A DNA stretch of 64,000 bases from Leucoraja ocellata (Eukaryota), in the NCBI GenBank assembly GCA_036785375.1, contig JAWMAR010000009.1:3968001-4032000 (forward strand), read 5' to 3'. Of the stretch, positions 61,341-64,000 are shown piece after piece; position 1 is the first letter of the stretch, and each line of letters begins with the position of its first letter. Below the pieces are notes generated by a model that worked only from the letters and a program-made list of their open reading frames with translations, ran no database searches and was not told where the DNA came from. The position numbers and the translations under genes were made by a program.

Positions 61341-62197
61341 ATATATACACGCCCATGGCTGGAGGTATAATGGGAAAGGTTGACTCAAACATGAAAATAA
61401 GAAACCAATTTCAAACCTAAAAGTATGAAAGATAAAAGAGCAGTTATTCCTAAAAACAGACGGTGGGAGAGTTTGGCAGGTCAGGCAGCATCCCCAGAGG
61501 CTAAAGGGTGGCTCTTTTGCATATCAAAAATAAACTTGATATATAATAAAAAGTAGATTCAAATCAAATACTGTACAAAACTTGTATTACATTAGTGATA
61601 TATTTTGCACTCATTGTTGCTGGTGTTATACAGGTAGTGTTAGTACCACCTTGTTTCCTTAAACTTAATATTAAGTTAAGGCTGATGATTGTTTGGGTCA
61701 AGACTCAGGATCGGGAATGAGAGGGAAGATTGCCAGTATATAGTGGTATGGGGGGGGGGGGGGGGGGGGGAGGGGGAAAGGACAAAGGCTGGTAGGTGAT
61801 GGATGGAACTAGAGGTTGGAGATGATGAGCCATGTTGGGAAGGGAGATGGGAACAGGAAAGGTGAGCAGGAAGAAACCTAGATATACAGGTGAATATGTG
61901 TGGGAGGAGATCACTGGGAGTGTGGGTTTTCTGAAATTTGAAAATTCAGAATTGGGTTGTAAGCTATTCTAGAGGAATATGGAAGGTTGTTCCTCTAATT
62001 TCAATTTGGCCACACCAGAATGGAAAAGGCTGAGGAAGGCAGTGTCGTGTGGGAAGAAGAGCTAAAAGATATGAAACCAGAAGCTCAAGATGGAATCTGA
62101 GCAGTGAGATCCTTAAAATGGCTGTCTGGTTCCTGCAACATATCTATGATAATATACTGTAAGCAATTTATTTGATATTGATTAAAAATCGAATTGA

Positions 62198-62322
62198 AAC
62201 AAGGAACTGCAGATACTGGCATAAAACGAGACACATAGTGCTGGAGTAACTCGGTGGGTCAGGCAACATCTCAGGAGAATATGGATAGGTGACGTTTCGG
62301 GTTGGGGCCCTTCTTCAGACTG
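62198..62322 (-). mobile_element. Penelope-related mini-element with intact hammerhead-like core
   Basis: Minus strand: cagtCTGAAGAagggccccaacccGAAACGTCacc. Confidence 0.8.
62288..62322 (-). ncRNA. Candidate minimal type I hammerhead ribozyme
   Basis: CUGAAGA box, stem II (ggg...ccc), GAAA box and GUC site with palindromic ACGU stem III. Stem I is only 2 bp, so activity is unproven. Confidence 0.45.
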
Positions 62323-62930
62323 ATCTTTTTGGGCTGGAGGATGTGCGGAAGTTACGAATGACTTGATATTCAGAGTTCTAATGTGGATGGCACATTGCAA
62401 TTGATGTTTGCTGCAAACATTTCTCCCCACAACTTTGTACAAAACTGATACATGTTGTTCCCCATCACCCAATCCCTACTTTGCATTTGTGTTTTCACCT
62501 GCTTTCTATAGCATTGGAGAATTTGTCTAGCTATCTTACTTTGATTCTGTTTTGTTTAGATTCCTATTCCTAGTGTAGTTTGGATTCATTTAGAGATACT
62601 GCACAGATACGGCCCTTCAGCCCCACCTTGTTCATTCCCACTTGTTCTGTTTATCCCACATTCCATCTTTGAATAAACACCTCTGAGGGACACCATCTTT
62701 CCTGTGTGAAAGATGCTGCAATTTTTACATTGTTCATATATTGTGCTAGTACGTTGTTATTTCTGTGGAAGTCTGCAGGAATCGATAGTGAGGTTTATAC
62801 ATCTGGGAAGGCAAGAGTGGTGCATTATTTGCCTCTGAGCAGAGATGCTGAAGGGAGAGCTTTTACCATAGTTAGTTTTGATCTACTTTTCCTGTTACTT
62901 CAAGTAGTTACTGATGCTCTGTGATTCTAA

Positions 62931-63499
62931 AGGGCCTATCCCACCAGCATGCGACTGCATGCGGCTAGCGCGACCTAACGTGGTCGCTTGAGCCGTACGG
63001 CCTCATGGGGCCATTCCCACTTCGATCGCCAGAGCCGAATGGAGTTGTGCGGGACTGTCCCGCCATCGTGGGGCTCCGAAAAACTGACACTGTCCAAAAA
63101 ATTCCACGCGACAACGGCCTGTCGGCCCGCAGCCGCATTGAGGTTATACGCAGCGCCTCAACGGGGCATACGCAGCGTCTCAACACCGTACGCAGTGTCT
63201 CGACGCCGTACGCAGCGTCTTGATGGTGTATGCCTAGTGCGTGGCGTTGCGCGATGAACATCACCGCCAGGCGTGCCGTTGCGTGATGACGTAACAGCCT
63301 GACGCCATGCGACGTCCAAATTCAGTCGGCCCGCCTCCTGGCCCAGCTGATTGGTGAGTATGATGGCCGGACCAGCCACGCACAACTCCAGACGGCTCCG
63401 CGGTTGGAAGTGGGACCGGCCCCGCGAGGCCGTACGCCTCAAGCCACCACGTTTGATCGCGCTAGACGCATGCAATCGCATGCTGGTGGGACAGGCCCT
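62931..63499. mobile_element. PIF/Harbinger-type MITE with about 130-bp inverted arms
   Basis: TIR agggcct(a/g)tcccaccagcatgcga(c/t)tgcatgcg. TSD TAA (62928-30, 63500-02). Shares one arm and the 20-bp repeat core with 17082-17608 in opposite orientation. Confidence 0.9.
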
Positions 63500-64000
63500 T
63501 AATTACCCAACCTTGGTGGATGTTTCTGACCCTTGTTATGGATGCTCGCTGCATTTGTTATATCTAGGTATCTACACAACTGCAGTTATACAAGAAAATC
63601 CCAAAGTTGCTGTTAGGTTTAGATTTAAGTTGCTGATGGTGAAACCCTACAGTGTTGCAGTCTTCAGTGCAGAGATGTGTGATTTGAAATGAACTTCATT
63701 ACTCGGACAGTAAAAACGATTAAAATTATCATGAGTGGGTGCTTTTGTAATCGCAAACCACGGTATAACTGCTGCTGAACAACTTCTCTTTGTTTCTGTG
63801 AAACCAATTTTATTTGTGTGGTTTATAATGTTCACTTCATTAATGCTGCAGAACCTGCTAAATGTTTGCAAGATTCTTTGGATTTCCATTATCCACATTA
63901 ATTGCTTCTGGGTTTTCTATATATAAAATATTTGGTGTTGCCGCTCTTTACGTGGCAACTCTTTGCATACTGTGTGTGTATGCAACAAAGGCTTTTCACT

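Overview
Repeat-dense eukaryotic non-coding DNA, most likely from a cartilaginous fish (skate/ray). This is inferred from abundant HE1/V-SINE-type tRNA-derived SINEs and CR1/HER1-type LINE 3' ends with (CATAGAAA)n tails. I could not recognise any intact host gene, and most ORF-track entries are spurious or transposon-derived. The window holds CR1, L1, L2, Rex1/Babar, RTE and Penelope fragments, two solo-LTR-like inserts, and DNA transposons with readable TIRs and TSDs: a 3.7-kb hAT with a disrupted transposase sitting exactly in the YADD codons of an L2 reverse transcriptase, three non-autonomous hATs, three PIF/Harbinger MITEs and two Helitron-type 3' ends. There are three assembly gaps. The most interesting signals are (i) many short, often palindromic Penelope-related inserts that carry a minimal hammerhead-ribozyme core and have variable long TSDs, (ii) two tandem copies of a TDP2-like first exon next to a hAT-like terminus, suggesting gene-fragment capture, and (iii) a fold-back Helitron-like locus. 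All family assignments are by eye from motifs, no database search was run, and boundaries without a stated TSD are approximate.
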